From the NCBI GenBank assembly GCA_963701085.1, contig OY969561.1, positions 512,001-576,000 of the forward strand: 64,000 nt of DNA, written 5' to 3'. Source of the DNA: an uncultured bacterium. GTDB taxonomy: Bacteria; Babelota; Babeliae; Babelales; Vermiphilaceae. Position 1 is the stretch's first letter. Every line of letters starts with the position of its first letter. Both the position numbers and the translations under genes were made by a program. The notes beneath the pieces were generated by a model. That model searched no databases. It worked only from the letters and a program-made list of their open reading frames with translations, and was not told the DNA's origin. Positions 49,331 to 59,734 of the stretch are shown one piece after another.

Positions 49331-50410
49331 ATGTTATCACAAAAAACAAATCTCATACTACTTGTTGCTCTTTTACTCAACCTGAGTGCTAATCTTACGG
49401 GCATGGAAATAACCTATACGCCTGACTCATTAATTGCTAATCCTGTACAATATCTTACGAACATGAACACAGCGCTTGATGCATTCAAACAAGAAGCAGA
49501 TAATCTTGAGACAACAAAAACAACAGATCAACACGACCTTGCAAACCTCACCAAAAAATATAAAGCCGTAATTCAAAAACACGAACAAACCTGTCCTTTA
49601 TTTTTACTAAAAGAATGCACCAAAGAAATAGGAAATATACAACTCAACAACAATTGTTTACTCAGCAGAACATATAAACCGCATTTTAGAGAAATTTTTG
49701 AAAAACACACCAGTCAACTATTAATTGAAAAATTACAAGCATCATCAACAACCCCGATTACTTATACAAGTTTTGGCTGTGGTGAAGCATTCCAGGACCT
49801 CATTATTATCACCAAGGTGCTTATAAAACAACCAAAGGCACTGTTAACTATTCATCTGATAGACGGTAACAACACTCCCTATGTAGCCGCTGTAGATTTT
49901 CTTGCTTGTTCTCGAGAAATAACAATAAAGCATGATTTTAGCTTTGATTCTCGACTGGAAGAATATGAACCATACGCTCGAAATAAAGACAAGGATTATC
50001 CGGAAATTCAGGCTATGTCTCATCAAGCACTAAAGCAACAATTAACGCTATTATGTCTGGAAAAAGAAGCACAATACAAACAATTTTTATCATGGCTCAC
50101 GCAAAAGTTTCCTTTATCACAGATTTCTCTCTACTTGCATGATCAAGTCATTAATTATTGCAACTTTATAAAAAAGAACAATCTCCCCCATGCCGATGTT
50201 ATAACTGCTGCTGACATTGAAGATGACGAAAGTCTCGCAAACGGGAGTATTCAAGACTATAAGATACTTTGCGGAGAAACATTAACTAAAAACCCTACAT
50301 CAGTTAATGCATGGTTAGGCAAGCTTGATGACAATTCCGCAAGAATATTAACAGTCTCTTTGCCAACAAGATTATCTTTTAAACTTAATGAAATTATTCT
50401 TGAGGCTTAG
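49331..50410 (+). CDS. Secreted hypothetical protein, possible degenerate Rossmann/methyltransferase-like core
   Basis: Signal ending LTG-M; YTSFGCG and IHLID resemble SAM-binding motifs I and II (tentative). Confidence 0.6.
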   Translation: MLSQKTNLILLVALLLNLSANLTGMEITYTPDSLIANPVQYLTNMNTALDAFKQEADNLETTKTTDQHDLANLTKKYKAVIQKHEQTCPLFLLKECTKEIGNIQLNNNCLLSRTYKPHFREIFEKHTSQLLIEKLQASSTTPITYTSFGCGEAFQDLIIITKVLIKQPKALLTIHLIDGNNTPYVAAVDFLACSREITIKHDFSFDSRLEEYEPYARNKDKDYPEIQAMSHQALKQQLTLLCLEKEAQYKQFLSWLTQKFPLSQISLYLHDQVINYCNFIKKNNLPHADVITAADIEDDESLANGSIQDYKILCGETLTKNPTSVNAWLGKLDDNSARILTVSLPTRLSFKLNEIILEA

Positions 50411-50762
50411 TTTCCTCTAAGATCCCCACCGCATCTTCTGCCGGCGCATAAATGGTGAACAATTTAAGACTTTCTGTGCCACTGTTTTTAAAATTGTGCT
50501 TTGTTCCTGCCGGGACAAAAACTAAATGATTGGGATACACCTCAGAAACAACATCATTAATAATTGCTTGCCCACGACCTTGTACAAAAATCAATATTTG
50601 ATCTACCGTATGAGCTTCTGAGCCAATTTCTTCCCCTACCGGAATGCACATAATCACTACTTGACTATGCTCACCCGTAACAATCTCTTTTCTATAAAAA
50701 GCATTTTTTATGGTTATATCAAAAATATTTTCATTAAAAAATTCTTTTGTATTTATATACAT
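50394..50762 (-). CDS. Cupin domain protein
   Basis: EIGSEAH..DQ and VPAGTKHNFKN. Confidence 0.9.
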   Translation of the reverse strand: MYINTKEFFNENIFDITIKNAFYRKEIVTGEHSQVVIMCIPVGEEIGSEAHTVDQILIFVQGRGQAIINDVVSEVYPNHLVFVPAGTKHNFKNSGTESLKLFTIYAPAEDAVGILEETKPQE

Positions 50763-50911
50763 ATCTATTTCCTTTTTTTACCTTACGGTAAAATAATTTC
50801 TTAAAAAATAGCAATACATAAAATGCTAATTTGTTTTTCAAAGAACATAACTTCTGCTAAGCTCAAGTCACTCATAACTAACCACTGTTTTCCCATAAAA
50901 AGGATCTTTAT

Positions 50912-51592
50912 ATGAATATTTTTTCTGGCAACTCCCTCTGGCAACTTGTTTATCAATCAGATACGGTCAGTAAATGTGTACTGCTTATATTATTCGGCAT
51001 GTCTGTTATATGCTGGGCAGTTTTTATTGGCAAACTTGCACTGCTACAGATAAAAGAACGACAATTCAAAGATATAAATAAAAAAGCTCAACAAATAAAA
51101 ACCATTACCGATCTTGTTGATATCACCGCAACCGCTCGCAACACTGCACCAAGTTATTTTATTACCAAAAACCTCGCATTCCTCAAAGAGCTTTGCGTGG
51201 GTAACCAAGGGCAGAAAATTGACGATAATCAATGGGAACTGCTCGAAAGATATATCGATAACTCAATTGAAGCAATGCTCCTACATAATGAAGAATACAT
51301 AGCAATACTCTCATCAAGTGCTGCCGTTGCGCCACTACTTGGTCTCTTTGGAACTGTATGGGGACTTGTACATTCATTCATGCGCATTAGTGAAACGCAA
51401 GTTGCTGATATTGCAACCATTGCACCTGGTATTGCAGAAGCGCTTATTACTACACTTGCAGGATTAGTTGTTGCAATTCCGGCGCTTATTATGTTCAACT
51501 ATTTACACACTAAAACACGCGCATTAGAACATAGTCTTATCACACTCGCGGACCGAATGACATTTATTTTTCAGCAACTTCGTGGAAGGTAA
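50912..51592 (+). CDS. tolQ: TolQ/ExbB family protein
   Basis: APLLGLFGTVWG, APGIAEALITTLAGLVVAIPA. Confidence 0.9.
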   Translation: MNIFSGNSLWQLVYQSDTVSKCVLLILFGMSVICWAVFIGKLALLQIKERQFKDINKKAQQIKTITDLVDITATARNTAPSYFITKNLAFLKELCVGNQGQKIDDNQWELLERYIDNSIEAMLLHNEEYIAILSSSAAVAPLLGLFGTVWGLVHSFMRISETQVADIATIAPGIAEALITTLAGLVVAIPALIMFNYLHTKTRALEHSLITLADRMTFIFQQLRGR

Positions 51593-51596
51593 ATAG

Positions 51597-52043
51597 ATGC
51601 GTACACGCAAAAACAGACGAACCAACCGCCAAAAAAACGGCTTGTATGATCTTTCCATGACACCATTAATTGATACAGCGCTCACGTTGTTAATTATTTT
51701 TATGGTAGCAACCCCCGTATTACAAAATGCAATCAAAGTAACCCTACCACGGGGCAATGCGCAAGAAGATGCATCCAACACGCAACAAGAACTGGTTGTG
51801 TTCATTGATAAACAAGGTGATTTTTATATTAATAAAGACAAAATTGCAAAAAAAGACCTCATTGTTCAGATAAAAAAAACTGTCGGCAATGATCATGAAA
51901 AAACAGTGTATGTAAAAGCTGATACAGCAATATCATACGGAACAGTAATTGAATTAGTTGACGATATTAAATTTGTTGGTGGTATAAAATATGTGGCTCT
52001 GGCAACGCAAAAACATTCACAAACGACACCTTCTTTGGGCTAA
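51597..52043 (+). CDS. tolR: TolR/ExbD family protein
   Basis: MTPLID..L.LLIIFMVATP, VKAD..ISYG. Confidence 0.9.
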   Translation: MRTRKNRRTNRQKNGLYDLSMTPLIDTALTLLIIFMVATPVLQNAIKVTLPRGNAQEDASNTQQELVVFIDKQGDFYINKDKIAKKDLIVQIKKTVGNDHEKTVYVKADTAISYGTVIELVDDIKFVGGIKYVALATQKHSQTTPSLG

Positions 52044-52869
52044 ACTTTTTGGCCTATGCCTGTTGTTCCATCTTATTTTTTTGTTTTGGATATTTTGTGT
52101 GTATCGCGATAACAGCTATATACTCTCAATTTCCATAAATAAAAAATTGGATTATTCTGCGCCCATATACTTTGTACCTCTTGGCACGCCCTACTCCGCT
52201 AAAAGTAGAATTTATCCTGAGCCTGTCGAAGGGAAGGGCAAGCCCCCTCGTACAACGCACAACAAACCTGCTGCAACACAAGTCCCCGTTAAAAAAACAA
52301 CACCCGTGATCCAGGCAAAACCAGTTACTGTTGTAACCCCAAAGAAAACTACCGAGCCAATAAAAAAAGAACTTCCAAAAACAGAAATTAAAAAAATAGA
52401 AGAAGTGAAAAAAGAAATTCCAAAAGTTGAACCAAAAAAAGAAGTTAAACCAACGCAACAAGCTGCTCCTGTTGTTGAACCACCAAAACCAGAACCAATC
52501 AAAACAACTGCTGCACAAAAAACGCAATCACCCATTGCCCAAGCGCTTGATACGCAACAAACAATTGCACCAGTGATCCCTGAAAACGCACAGATATCTC
52601 ACAACTATCGTGAAGTTGAAGCATTACGCCGTAGCGCACAATTACAAAAAGAGTTGGTGCAAAAATGGAAACCACCAATTGGCGTATCACCAGACTGCAT
52701 GTGTGAAATCTCTTTCTTTGTCAATTCAACTGGCGCAATAGAGGATTTAAAAATGGTAAAAAGTTCCGGTGTGGTGATGTATGATATTTCTGCACGCCAA
52801 GCGCTGTTTGCAATGAAGATGCCGCAATGGTCATATGGAAAACCTTTTACCATTAGCTTTAAGCAATAA
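51991..52869 (+). CDS. tolA: TolA/TonB-like protein with an in-frame repeat insert
   Basis: TM helix with a conserved His, a K/E/P-rich linker and a C-terminal W.PP...SSG...D..A domain; lies between tolR and tolB. Confidence 0.8.
   Translation: MWLWQRKNIHKRHLLWAKLFGLCLLFHLIFLFWIFCVYRDNSYILSISINKKLDYSAPIYFVPLGTPYSAKSRIYPEPVEGKGKPPRTTHNKPAATQVPVKKTTPVIQAKPVTVVTPKKTTEPIKKELPKTEIKKIEEVKKEIPKVEPKKEVKPTQQAAPVVEPPKPEPIKTTAAQKTQSPIAQALDTQQTIAPVIPENAQISHNYREVEALRRSAQLQKELVQKWKPPIGVSPDCMCEISFFVNSTGAIEDLKMVKSSGVVMYDISARQALFAMKMPQWSYGKPFTISFKQ
52187..52243. repeat. Nested repeat module inside tolA (PYSAKSRIYPEPVEGKGK)
   Basis: cgccctactccgctaaa-[agtagaatttatcctgagcctgtcgaaggg]-aagggc. Confidence 0.75.
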
Positions 52870-52889
52870 ATGATTTAATCAGGAAATAA

Positions 52890-54173
52890 ATGAAAAAATT
52901 ATACGCATTATTATTATGCACAGCATTACATATCTCAGCCGATGAAATTGAAATCGCCGTATCAGGCGCACAACAAGCACAAATGCCCATTGCTCTTATA
53001 GTTCTGGATGAAAAAAACAGTGAACTTAACGATATTGCCACCATCATAAAAAAAGATTTACAATTTACCGATCAATTCAAGCCATCTATTAAAAAATGTG
53101 ATGCTCATTTACCAAAAAAAACATTGCGCAAACATATACAAAAATTGTCTCAGACAGACACACCACTGGCACTCTGCATCAGTAGCGAATCTAAAAACAA
53201 TATTACATGGCGGTTATATGATACTATGCAATGCACCATGATATGTGGAAAAAAATACACAAAACATGGCTCAATTGTGCGCGGATGGGCGCATACCATT
53301 GCTGATGAAACATGGAAAGCGCTGACGAGCAATGATGGTTTTTTTTCTTCACGAATAGCATATTGTAAGGATTCAAAAAACGATAAAGGACACACCATCC
53401 GCAAAGTGTACATAGCCGATTTTGATGGCAGCAATGAAGAACTCCTTGTTGATCTACCCACTATCACCGTTGCACCTCGCTGGCACACCAAAAAACCACG
53501 CCTCACGTATTCGGAATATGCCAATACCAATGTAGAATTGATGTCTGTTGGCATGGATAAGAAGAGAAAACCTCTTTCAACTTTTGATGGCATTAATATG
53601 CTTGCAGGCTTTTCACCAAGCGGAAAATCAGTAGCGTATTGCGCCTCACGCGGAAGTGGTAGTTGCCAAATCTACCTACGTAACAATGGCAATCTAAAAC
53701 GCTGCACCAAAAATACCGGCAACAATACTTCCCCTATTTTTATTGATGACAATCACCTCTGCTTTTGCTCAGATTTTCAGACGGGTAATCCGCAAATTTA
53801 TATCGGCAATATTCAAACCGGCCATCTTCAGCGCATTACCCATGGTGGTTATTGCACATCACCAAGCTACTGTCCAAAAACGCATAAAATTGCTTACCAC
53901 AAAATGATCCATAGCACCATGCAAGTTATGATGTATGACTGCACAACCAAAAGTCATACACAGTTAACTAAAACAAGCGGCAATAAACACGAAGTCAGCT
54001 GGTCTCCCGATGGTACACACCTGCTTTTTGCACACGAAATTCCTGATAAAAATAGCCGCTTATGCTCACTCAACCTCTTAATGAGCACGACAAAATATAT
54101 AACCAGCACAAACGATGAATGTAGCTACCCTCACTGGGGGCCTTGTTATAAGGAATTTCCTGTTGTAACCTAA
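52890..54173 (+). CDS. tolB: TolB family protein
   Basis: Signal peptide, DL.F, AH..AD, F.SRIAY, DFDG, PD40 repeats (FSPSG, WSPDG). Confidence 0.9.
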   Translation: MKKLYALLLCTALHISADEIEIAVSGAQQAQMPIALIVLDEKNSELNDIATIIKKDLQFTDQFKPSIKKCDAHLPKKTLRKHIQKLSQTDTPLALCISSESKNNITWRLYDTMQCTMICGKKYTKHGSIVRGWAHTIADETWKALTSNDGFFSSRIAYCKDSKNDKGHTIRKVYIADFDGSNEELLVDLPTITVAPRWHTKKPRLTYSEYANTNVELMSVGMDKKRKPLSTFDGINMLAGFSPSGKSVAYCASRGSGSCQIYLRNNGNLKRCTKNTGNNTSPIFIDDNHLCFCSDFQTGNPQIYIGNIQTGHLQRITHGGYCTSPSYCPKTHKIAYHKMIHSTMQVMMYDCTTKSHTQLTKTSGNKHEVSWSPDGTHLLFAHEIPDKNSRLCSLNLLMSTTKYITSTNDECSYPHWGPCYKEFPVVT

Positions 54174-54280
54174 ATAATTTAAAATCGACAAAATTGATGA
54201 TTATGGTAAAATAAAGGTGTTAAAATAGAGCACCTTTATTATTGTCATGCTTATAAACCTCAAAACATAGATGAATTTGT

Positions 54281-56116
54281 ATGAAAAAACCTAAAAACAA
54301 CAACTCGTGGACCCCGAGCCCAAAAAATCTAAAGAACGCACTTGTCGCGTTTATCATGCTTGCAGGCGTTCTTCTTGTACTCCATAAACTAACGGAGCTG
54401 GGAAGAAATGTTCAAATTATCTCTTATTCAACATTTTTAGAAAAAGTTGATCAGGACCTCGTTAAAAAAGTATATGTTTCAGGCCAGGATGTTGAAGGGA
54501 TGTTTACTGATGGTAACCGCTTTGAAACGGTTATCGGTAGTAACGCAAACGATTGGGACCGCTTGCGCTCTCATGGCGTAGAATTTGCGATCATTTCACC
54601 AACCAATCAATTAGGCATCTGGTATCTTTTCCTTTTCTCCTGTCTTTTTGTCGCAATTTGGGCTATCTGGTATTTTATCCGTGCACGCAACGCTGGTGCT
54701 AATGGTGGCGGTGGAGGCAATATCTTTACCATGGGCAAAAGCGGCGCTCGCATGTTTCTACCCTCAAGCATTAAAGAAAATTTTAACTCTGTAGCCGGCG
54801 CTGATGAAGCAAAAGAAGAGCTTGCAGATGTAATTGATTTCCTCAAAAACCCTAAAAAATATCAACGCCTTGGTGCAAAAATAACCCGTGGCGTTCTCCT
54901 TATTGGTGAACCGGGAAATGGTAAGACATTATTAGCCCGCGCCGTTGCAGGCGAAGCTAACTGTCCATTTTTTAGCATTAGCGGATCTAACTTTATTGAA
55001 GTTTTTGTTGGTGTGGGTGCGGCACGCGTTCGCGATCTTTTTGCGCAAGCACGTAAACATGCGCCAAGCATCATCTTTATTGATGAAATTGATGCTGTTG
55101 GCCGTCACCGTGGCAGTGGCATGGGTGGTGGCAATGATGAACGTGAACAAACACTTAACCAGCTTCTTGCGGAAATGGATGGATTTGAAACTTCTCCAAC
55201 ACCGATTATTGTTATCGCCGCAACAAACAGAGTTGATGTTTTAGACAAAGCATTGTTGCGACCAGGCAGATTTGATCGCCGTGTTACGGTACCTTACCCT
55301 GATTTAAAAAGTCGTGAAGCCATTGTGGCGGTGCACGTCAAAAACGTAAAAATAGAAGAAGACTTAGATATTAAAAAAATTGCTCAAGGCACCCCTGGGT
55401 TTTCTGGCGCGGATCTTGCCAACTTAGTAAACGAAGCAGCCATTATAGCTTCCAAAGAAAATAAAGATCTCGTGACTATGCATGATTTTGATGAAGCACG
55501 TGATAAAGTGATGCTTGGCAAAGAAGTAAAAAGCATCATGCTCACCCCTGAAGATAAAAAGTTGATCGCCTATCATGAATCAGGACACGCGCTTGTGCGC
55601 CTTTTATTGCCAGAAACTTCTGACCCTCTTCACAAAGTAACTATCATCCCTCGTGGATCTGCGCTTGGCGTAACGCACTTCTTGCCAGAACGCGAGAAAT
55701 ATATTACCACCAAAGAGGAAATGGAAGCTTCCGTCATGTCGGCACTTGGTGGCCGAGTTGCAGAAGAAATCATCTTTAACACCCTCACAACCGGTGCATA
55801 TAGTGATTTCCAAGCAGCAAACCGCATAACCCGCAACATGGTCTGCAAATATGGCATGTCCCCAGAGCTTGGCACCATTATTTATAGCCAGCAACACGGT
55901 GAGTTTGAATATTCTCAAAAAACGGCTGAAAAAATTGATGCTGAAGTACAACGATTAACCGCATTATATCACGATCAGACGCGTAAATTGCTTGAAGCTA
56001 ACCGCGACAAGCTCGATCTGCTCGCTAACGCATTGATGGAAAAAGAGACCATGAATGCGGATGAAATTTACGAATTATTGAGCATTACACCGCGACAGGC
56101 TCATAAATTTGTTTAA
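54281..56116 (+). CDS. ftsH: ATP-dependent zinc metalloprotease FtsH
   Basis: Walker [34 protein letters not shown]. Confidence 0.98.
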   Translation: MKKPKNNNSWTPSPKNLKNALVAFIMLAGVLLVLHKLTELGRNVQIISYSTFLEKVDQDLVKKVYVSGQDVEGMFTDGNRFETVIGSNANDWDRLRSHGVEFAIISPTNQLGIWYLFLFSCLFVAIWAIWYFIRARNAGANGGGGGNIFTMGKSGARMFLPSSIKENFNSVAGADEAKEELADVIDFLKNPKKYQRLGAKITRGVLLIGEPGNGKTLLARAVAGEANCPFFSISGSNFIEVFVGVGAARVRDLFAQARKHAPSIIFIDEIDAVGRHRGSGMGGGNDEREQTLNQLLAEMDGFETSPTPIIVIAATNRVDVLDKALLRPGRFDRRVTVPYPDLKSREAIVAVHVKNVKIEEDLDIKKIAQGTPGFSGADLANLVNEAAIIASKENKDLVTMHDFDEARDKVMLGKEVKSIMLTPEDKKLIAYHESGHALVRLLLPETSDPLHKVTIIPRGSALGVTHFLPEREKYITTKEEMEASVMSALGGRVAEEIIFNTLTTGAYSDFQAANRITRNMVCKYGMSPELGTIIYSQQHGEFEYSQKTAEKIDAEVQRLTALYHDQTRKLLEANRDKLDLLANALMEKETMNADEIYELLSITPRQAHKFV

Positions 56117-56188
56117 ACTAATCTTGTAAAATTTTCTCTTTTTGTTATGTTAAAAGTAAGTAAATAGGCTTTAAGGAAGGTACGCATC

Positions 56189-56392
56189 ATGTCAAGAATC
56201 TGTTCAGTGTGCTCAAAAAGCCCACAGGTAGCAAATTTAGTAAGTAACGCTAACAATAGAGTAAAGCGTTGGGTATACCCAAACGTGCATACAGTACGCT
56301 ACACCCTTACCGGTGATGCTGACAAACACGTTCATCGCTCAAAAGTCTGCACCAAGTGTATGAAAGCAGGCAAAATCAAAAAAGTTATCTAA
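56189..56392 (+). CDS. rpmB: 50S ribosomal protein L28
   Basis: MSRICSVC...VSNANNRVKRW..PN...VCTKCMKAG. Confidence 0.92.
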   Translation: MSRICSVCSKSPQVANLVSNANNRVKRWVYPNVHTVRYTLTGDADKHVHRSKVCTKCMKAGKIKKVI

Positions 56393-56417
56393 TATTTAAG
56401 ATCAAGGTCAAGGGATT

Positions 56418-56699
56418 ATGGCAAATATCAAATCTGCTAAAAAACGTGTTTTGCAAACAGCAAAACGCCAATTGCGCAACCAAGCAAGAAAATCTTCTAT
56501 TAAAACAGCTATTAAAAAAGTTGTTATAGCAGTTGAATCAGCTGGCTTAGCTAACATTGAAACAACAAAAGCATTGTTCGTCGCTGCAGAAAGCAAAATT
56601 GCTCGTGCAAAAAGCAAAGGCCTTATGCACCGCAACACTGCTGCTCGCAAAATTAGCAAGTTAGCAAAAAAAGTTGCTGCTGCTGCAAGAACAGCGTAA
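56418..56699 (+). CDS. rpsT: 30S ribosomal protein S20
   Basis: MANIKSAKKR...KG.MHRNTAARKISKL. Confidence 0.97.
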   Translation: MANIKSAKKRVLQTAKRQLRNQARKSSIKTAIKKVVIAVESAGLANIETTKALFVAAESKIARAKSKGLMHRNTAARKISKLAKKVAAAARTA

Positions 56700-56722
56700 A
56701 AATTTAGTTTTTTTTAAAATTT

Positions 56723-56754
56723 AAAAGGTACCAATCAAATGGTATCTTTTTTTT
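56723..56754 (+). terminator. Terminator after rpsT
   Basis: aaaaggtacca-atcaaa-tggtatctttttttt. Confidence 0.75.
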
Positions 56755-56815
56755 GTTGCTCTGCCTTATAATAGATTAACAAAAATTCACCCCTCTTATC
56801 AAAAAAAGAAAATTA

Positions 56816-57511
56816 ATGAAAAAATACATTATTATCTTAGCCATCCTTGCCTTGTTTTTAATTTATTACCTTCAACGCAGTAAAAAAGCGTCACAACCTC
56901 AAACAGGAACTATCATCATACTTAATGGCCCATCTGCTGCAGGAAAGTCATCTATTCAAAAACAATTTCAAAAAATAAGTGATGAATTATATTTAACTGT
57001 TGGCATAGACGGCCTCTTTGATTCTATCCTGCCTGATGTTGATGAAAATGGTAAATCAATCAAGAATAATGAAACAATCCGATGGATTGAATTTGGCAAA
57101 GATAAAAACGAACATCAAACCATAACATTACATATTGGTCCAGCTGGGTATCGAGTTATCAAAGGAATGCACCGCGCAATAGCTGCATATGCCAAACAAA
57201 ATAACAACATAATAATGGACTACATCTTATATGATTCATCATGGCTACCAGATTTAATTAATACGCTCAAGAATTATAAAGTTTATCTTGTTGGCATTCA
57301 CACACCACTAGAGGTAATAGAACAGCGAGAAAGCAAACGAGGAACATCGCCAATTGGTCATGCACGCAGCCACTATCACACAGTACATGAAGGTATGATA
57401 TATGACCTTGAACTCGATACTTCTTTGAATACCCCTGAAGAACTCGCACAGCAAATAAGAAACTTTGTACAAAACAATCCATCTCCTCAAGCTCTCAAAA
57501 AATTAATATAA
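56816..57511 (+). CDS. Chloramphenicol-phosphotransferase-like P-loop kinase with an N-terminal anchor
   Basis: IIILNGPSAAGKSS, NIIMD, VG, RE..RG...G.AR, YDLELDTS. Confidence 0.85.
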   Translation: MKKYIIILAILALFLIYYLQRSKKASQPQTGTIIILNGPSAAGKSSIQKQFQKISDELYLTVGIDGLFDSILPDVDENGKSIKNNETIRWIEFGKDKNEHQTITLHIGPAGYRVIKGMHRAIAAYAKQNNNIIMDYILYDSSWLPDLINTLKNYKVYLVGIHTPLEVIEQRESKRGTSPIGHARSHYHTVHEGMIYDLELDTSLNTPEELAQQIRNFVQNNPSPQALKKLI

Positions 57512-57538
57512 ACCTCTATCAGTCAGGATCTAAATTAC

Positions 57539-57856
57539 ATGCGCAAAGTCTTTTGGGAAAACCCCTATCAAACAACGTTAAAAACTACCGTACTCGCAGT
57601 TGATGGCAATAGAGTGCTGTTCGCTGATACCATTGCCTACTCTTTTGCCGGGGGACAAGAAAGCGATAAGGCATGGGTTAATGGAATGCTCATATTAGAC
57701 TCACAAATGGATGATTTTCTTATCTATTACACCCTTCCCGACAATCACAACCTCCACGCAGGTGATGCTGTTACCATGACAATTGATTGGCCACGAAGAT
57801 CACGCTTAATGCGATTACATTTTGCCGCAGAATTAATTCTGGAAATAGTCAGGTAA
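57539..57856 (+). pseudogene. Truncated AlaX-type alanyl-tRNA editing protein
   Basis: FWENPY, GGQESD, IDWPRRSRLMRLH; stops at 105 aa, before the C-terminal CxxxH zinc ligands. Confidence 0.8.
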
Positions 57857-57954
57857 ATCTATAGAAAAAATTGAAATCAGGCTTGTGAATGATTCTACAC
57901 CTGATCAATAGAATCAATAGCCCCAATCCATATAGTAACTTATCCCTGCCCCTA

Positions 57955-57985
57955 ACTTGACTGACGGTCAGTCAAGTGGTAACAT
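57955..57985 (+). promoter_or_regulatory. TetR-type operator palindrome overlapping a sigma70 promoter
   Basis: Perfect inverted repeat ACTTGACTGAC-G-GTCAGTCAAGT (57955-57977); TTGACT-17 nt-TAACAT. Confidence 0.8.
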
Positions 57986-58029
57986 ATAGTATATAACGTG
58001 ATTTTTAGAAAAACCAAAAGGGTTAAAAT

Positions 58030-58656
58030 ATGGTTAGAATTACCAAAGGACTAAAAAAACGAAGGCAAGAAATAATAACAACTGCTCGTCAGCTCTTTCA
58101 GGCAGAAGATTATGACACAATCACCATGCAAAGGGTTGTCGAGGAGCTAGGGATCGCCAAAGGCACTATTTTTTATTATTTTGATTCTAAAGAAAATTTA
58201 CTCAAAGCTGTTGTTGAAAACATTACTGAGGAAGATAGTACGCGCAAGCAGTTGCTTATAGAAAAAACAAAAGGCAATGCTTTAGATAAGATACGTGCAG
58301 TTATGCAGATGGATAGCATTGCTCTGCAAAATCCAGCCCTCCTTAAACACCTTCATAGGCCAAGTAATGCAGGCATGCATACGCAGCTATTAGCCGTTAT
58401 GATACTTAATGAAGCTTCACTGTATGAAGAATTGATCCGTGAAGGCTGCAATGAAGGTATTTTTCAAACAGATACTCCTTTAGAGTGTGCTGAGTTCATC
58501 ATTGCCGCAATGCAATTTTTAACCGATACAGGAATCTATCCATGGACAGAGTCTGATATCTTGCGCAGAACACAATCTTTCCCTATGCTCGTGGAAAAGA
58601 TTTTAAAAGCACAACCCGGCTCTTTTCAATTCATGTTGGATACAATAAAAAAATAA
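58030..58656 (+). CDS. TetR/AcrR family regulator
   Basis: EII..A..LF...T...LGIAKGTIFYYFDSKENL helix-turn-helix. Confidence 0.95.
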   Translation: MVRITKGLKKRRQEIITTARQLFQAEDYDTITMQRVVEELGIAKGTIFYYFDSKENLLKAVVENITEEDSTRKQLLIEKTKGNALDKIRAVMQMDSIALQNPALLKHLHRPSNAGMHTQLLAVMILNEASLYEELIREGCNEGIFQTDTPLECAEFIIAAMQFLTDTGIYPWTESDILRRTQSFPMLVEKILKAQPGSFQFMLDTIKK

Positions 58657-58668
58657 TAGGGGATATCT

Positions 58669-59724
58669 ATGAACTCAACGATTACAAACAAACTCTTTAA
58701 CGTTATAGATCACGAAGTGACATTTCTCAATGCCAACGATGGTATTACATTGTCAGGAACACTTTCTATTCCTCAATCTTCTCAATTATATACTAAACCT
58801 CCTGTTGTAATTCTTGTTGCAGGTATGGGGCCTCATGACCGCGACTGCGATCAAATGAATGGTCAGAAATTATTTAAAACCATAGCAGATTATTTTGCCC
58901 ATCATGGCATTGCAGCGTTGCGGTATGATAAGCGTGGTGTTGGTAAGTCTAGTGGAGATTTTAATACTGCCTTTACTTTTGATTTTGCTCGGGATGTTGT
59001 AGCTGCAGTTCAATTTTTAAAAGAAGAGAGAACAGACATAGATGGCAATAATATCGGACTAGTCGGTCATTCTGAAGGAGGACTGATTAGTTTTATTGTT
59101 GCAAGCCAATCAACAGATGTTGCGTTTATGGTTTCTATGGCTGGCGCAGTTATAACAAACATTGATGATGTATTATTACAAACGGCGCTGCAGTTTAAAG
59201 CATCAGGTGCGACTGATTATTTTATAGCATTTGATAGAAAAATTCGTAAACAAATTCTTGAAGCAGTAACCACATTATCAATTAATGATGCACAAAAAAA
59301 GCTATCTGCAATGGTAAAGTCATACATAGAAAGTATGACTGATGAGCAACAAGCAATTGCTGAGAGCTTATTCCCATTTTCATTGACTGAAGATAATTGT
59401 GATATCACAATGTTCAACACAACATGGAGAACCTATTTGGCAAGCAATCCTATGATTTTTATTAGCAGGGTTACCATTCCCGTTTTGGCAATTCATGGTG
59501 AATTAGATTTTATCATGTATTCAAAAACGGCATTGCCAATAATTGAACAAGGACTTAAGGATGCTCGTAATAACGATGTAACTATTATATCAATACCACA
59601 TCAAAATCATTGCTTTCAACAATGTAATACTGGCGCTATCAATGAATACCTTACCATTAAAGAGTCTATTCATGAATCAACATTAAAATTGATGACTAAT
59701 TGGATTCTTTCTAAAATTGCATAA
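58669..59724 (+). CDS. Alpha/beta hydrolase
   Basis: LRYDKRGVG, GHSEGG nucleophile, G.LD, NH.F. Confidence 0.92.
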   Translation: MNSTITNKLFNVIDHEVTFLNANDGITLSGTLSIPQSSQLYTKPPVVILVAGMGPHDRDCDQMNGQKLFKTIADYFAHHGIAALRYDKRGVGKSSGDFNTAFTFDFARDVVAAVQFLKEERTDIDGNNIGLVGHSEGGLISFIVASQSTDVAFMVSMAGAVITNIDDVLLQTALQFKASGATDYFIAFDRKIRKQILEAVTTLSINDAQKKLSAMVKSYIESMTDEQQAIAESLFPFSLTEDNCDITMFNTTWRTYLASNPMIFISRVTIPVLAIHGELDFIMYSKTALPIIEQGLKDARNNDVTIISIPHQNHCFQQCNTGAINEYLTIKESIHESTLKLMTNWILSKIA

Positions 59725-59734
59725 AAGGATTTTG

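Noticed and set aside
54211-54239. Inverted repeat upstream of ftsH as a CIRCE element
   Set aside because: ATAAAGGTG...CACCTTTAT does not match TTAGCACTC-N9-GAGTGCTAA; its function is unresolved.
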